Shown here one piece after another: positions 63,160 to 64,000 of a stretch of DNA of 64,000 nucleotides; position 1 is the stretch's first letter, and every line of letters starts with the position of its first letter. The notes under the pieces are model-generated. The model did not search any database. It saw only the letters and a program-made list of their open reading frames with translations, and was not told where the DNA came from. Both the position numbers and the translations under genes were made by a program. The stretch comes from Lama glama (Eukaryota): NCBI GenBank assembly GCA_028534125.1, contig CM052828.1, positions 7,440,001 through 7,504,000 of the forward strand. The letters are read 5' to 3'.

Positions 63160-63330
63160 ACAGATTGTATACTATTTTTCAGACAAATGCCTTCTATTTT
63201 TAAAAATATAAGTATGTCCCAAATATTGGATAGTACATACTTACACTAGAAAAAAAAATGTGCTGTTTATATGAAATTCAGATTTAACAGGGCATTCTGC
63301 ATTTTTATTTGCTAAATCTGCCCCAACCCC
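63160..63330. mobile_element. MER53 (left arm degraded)
   Basis: tataagtatgtcccaaatattgg...acatacttacactag...tgaaattcagatttaacagggcattctgcatttttatttgctaaatctg. Confidence 0.8.
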
Positions 63331-63669
63331 AAATCATATTAACTGTTTTCTGTCTCCTCTACCAAGCTTACTCCTAAGGGAAGATTTGTGAAGTTATTCA
63401 AAGGGAGGCATAAAATGATAGATAGTATTATTGACATCATATTATCTTCATTTAATTAAAGCAGAATGTTACAGAGGAGAATTTATCAACAGTGTTGGCC
63501 AGGGGTCCTGGGGGCACAAGTGACTGCTTTGAAGTCCTACCATGAGAAGCTTCAGTATCTCAGCATTAAACCTGGCTCAGGGACTGCAGATTAGAAACCT
63601 TGGCTTTCTTTTGGCTTGGCTGCTAGGAGACTGTGGGTCTAGAATGTGCCACTTAACCTCCTTGTCACA

Positions 63670-64000
63670 GTTGTCTACTGCCACCTACCAAAACACCCAA
63701 AACCTAATAGCTTAAAACAACAACCATTTTATTATGTTCCAAAATTTCATGAGTTAAGAAATTCAGGCATGTGTTTGCCGGGTTATTCTTCTCCATGTGG
63801 AGTCAAATGAGGTCACTGGTATTGGCAGCTGCTCTGGTCTAGAGTTCCAAGTCTGATACCTATGAGCTAGCATTGCTCTCTCTACACCTGGCTTGTCCAC
63901 CTGGCTAGGTTGAACTTCCTCACAGCAGGATGGTGTCAGGACAGCTGGACTTCTAACATGGAGGCTCAGGCTCCAAGAACGAGTGTTTTGTCAAGGAGGA
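63670..64000 (-). mobile_element. MaLR LTR (MLT1H/F-like), continues beyond the window
   Basis: cccaaaacctaatagcttaaaacaacaaccattttatt...cttcctcacagcaggatgg. Confidence 0.75.

Noticed and set aside
1-64000. CRISPR array, operon or prokaryotic/phage defence system
   Set aside because: The sequence is clearly mammalian, with no regularly spaced repeat-spacer array or gene-dense region

Overview
This is 64 kb of eutherian mammal genomic DNA (about 40% GC by eye, strongly CpG-depleted, with N-gaps at 3049-3266 and 55143-55305). Two tRNA-derived SINEs resemble the camelid Vic-1 family and a young L1 is of the camelid type, so the source is most likely a camelid (alpaca, llama or camel; inference). 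I found no protein-coding exon, RNA gene or processed pseudogene that I can support. The listed ORFs look like chance ORFs, and the only real protein homology is decayed LINE-1 ORF1/ORF2. The window looks intergenic or deep-intronic and carries many ancient repeats (MIR, L2, L3, L1M, MaLR/ERVL/ERV1 LTRs, hAT and mariner MITEs) between repeat-free stretches that may be regulatory. The most notable items are: an L1 copy that ends in poly(A) inside ORF2, 27 nt after an internal AATAAA; a small CpG-rich promoter-like island with a splice donor at about 27.3-27.8 kb; convergent CTCF-like motifs; three palindromic MER53 elements, the family that gave rise to miR-1302; and nested MaLR LTRs. I cannot support a previously undescribed biological system. 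Repeat family names come from recalled consensus sequences, not a search, and boundaries are approximate unless a target-site duplication (TSD) is given.
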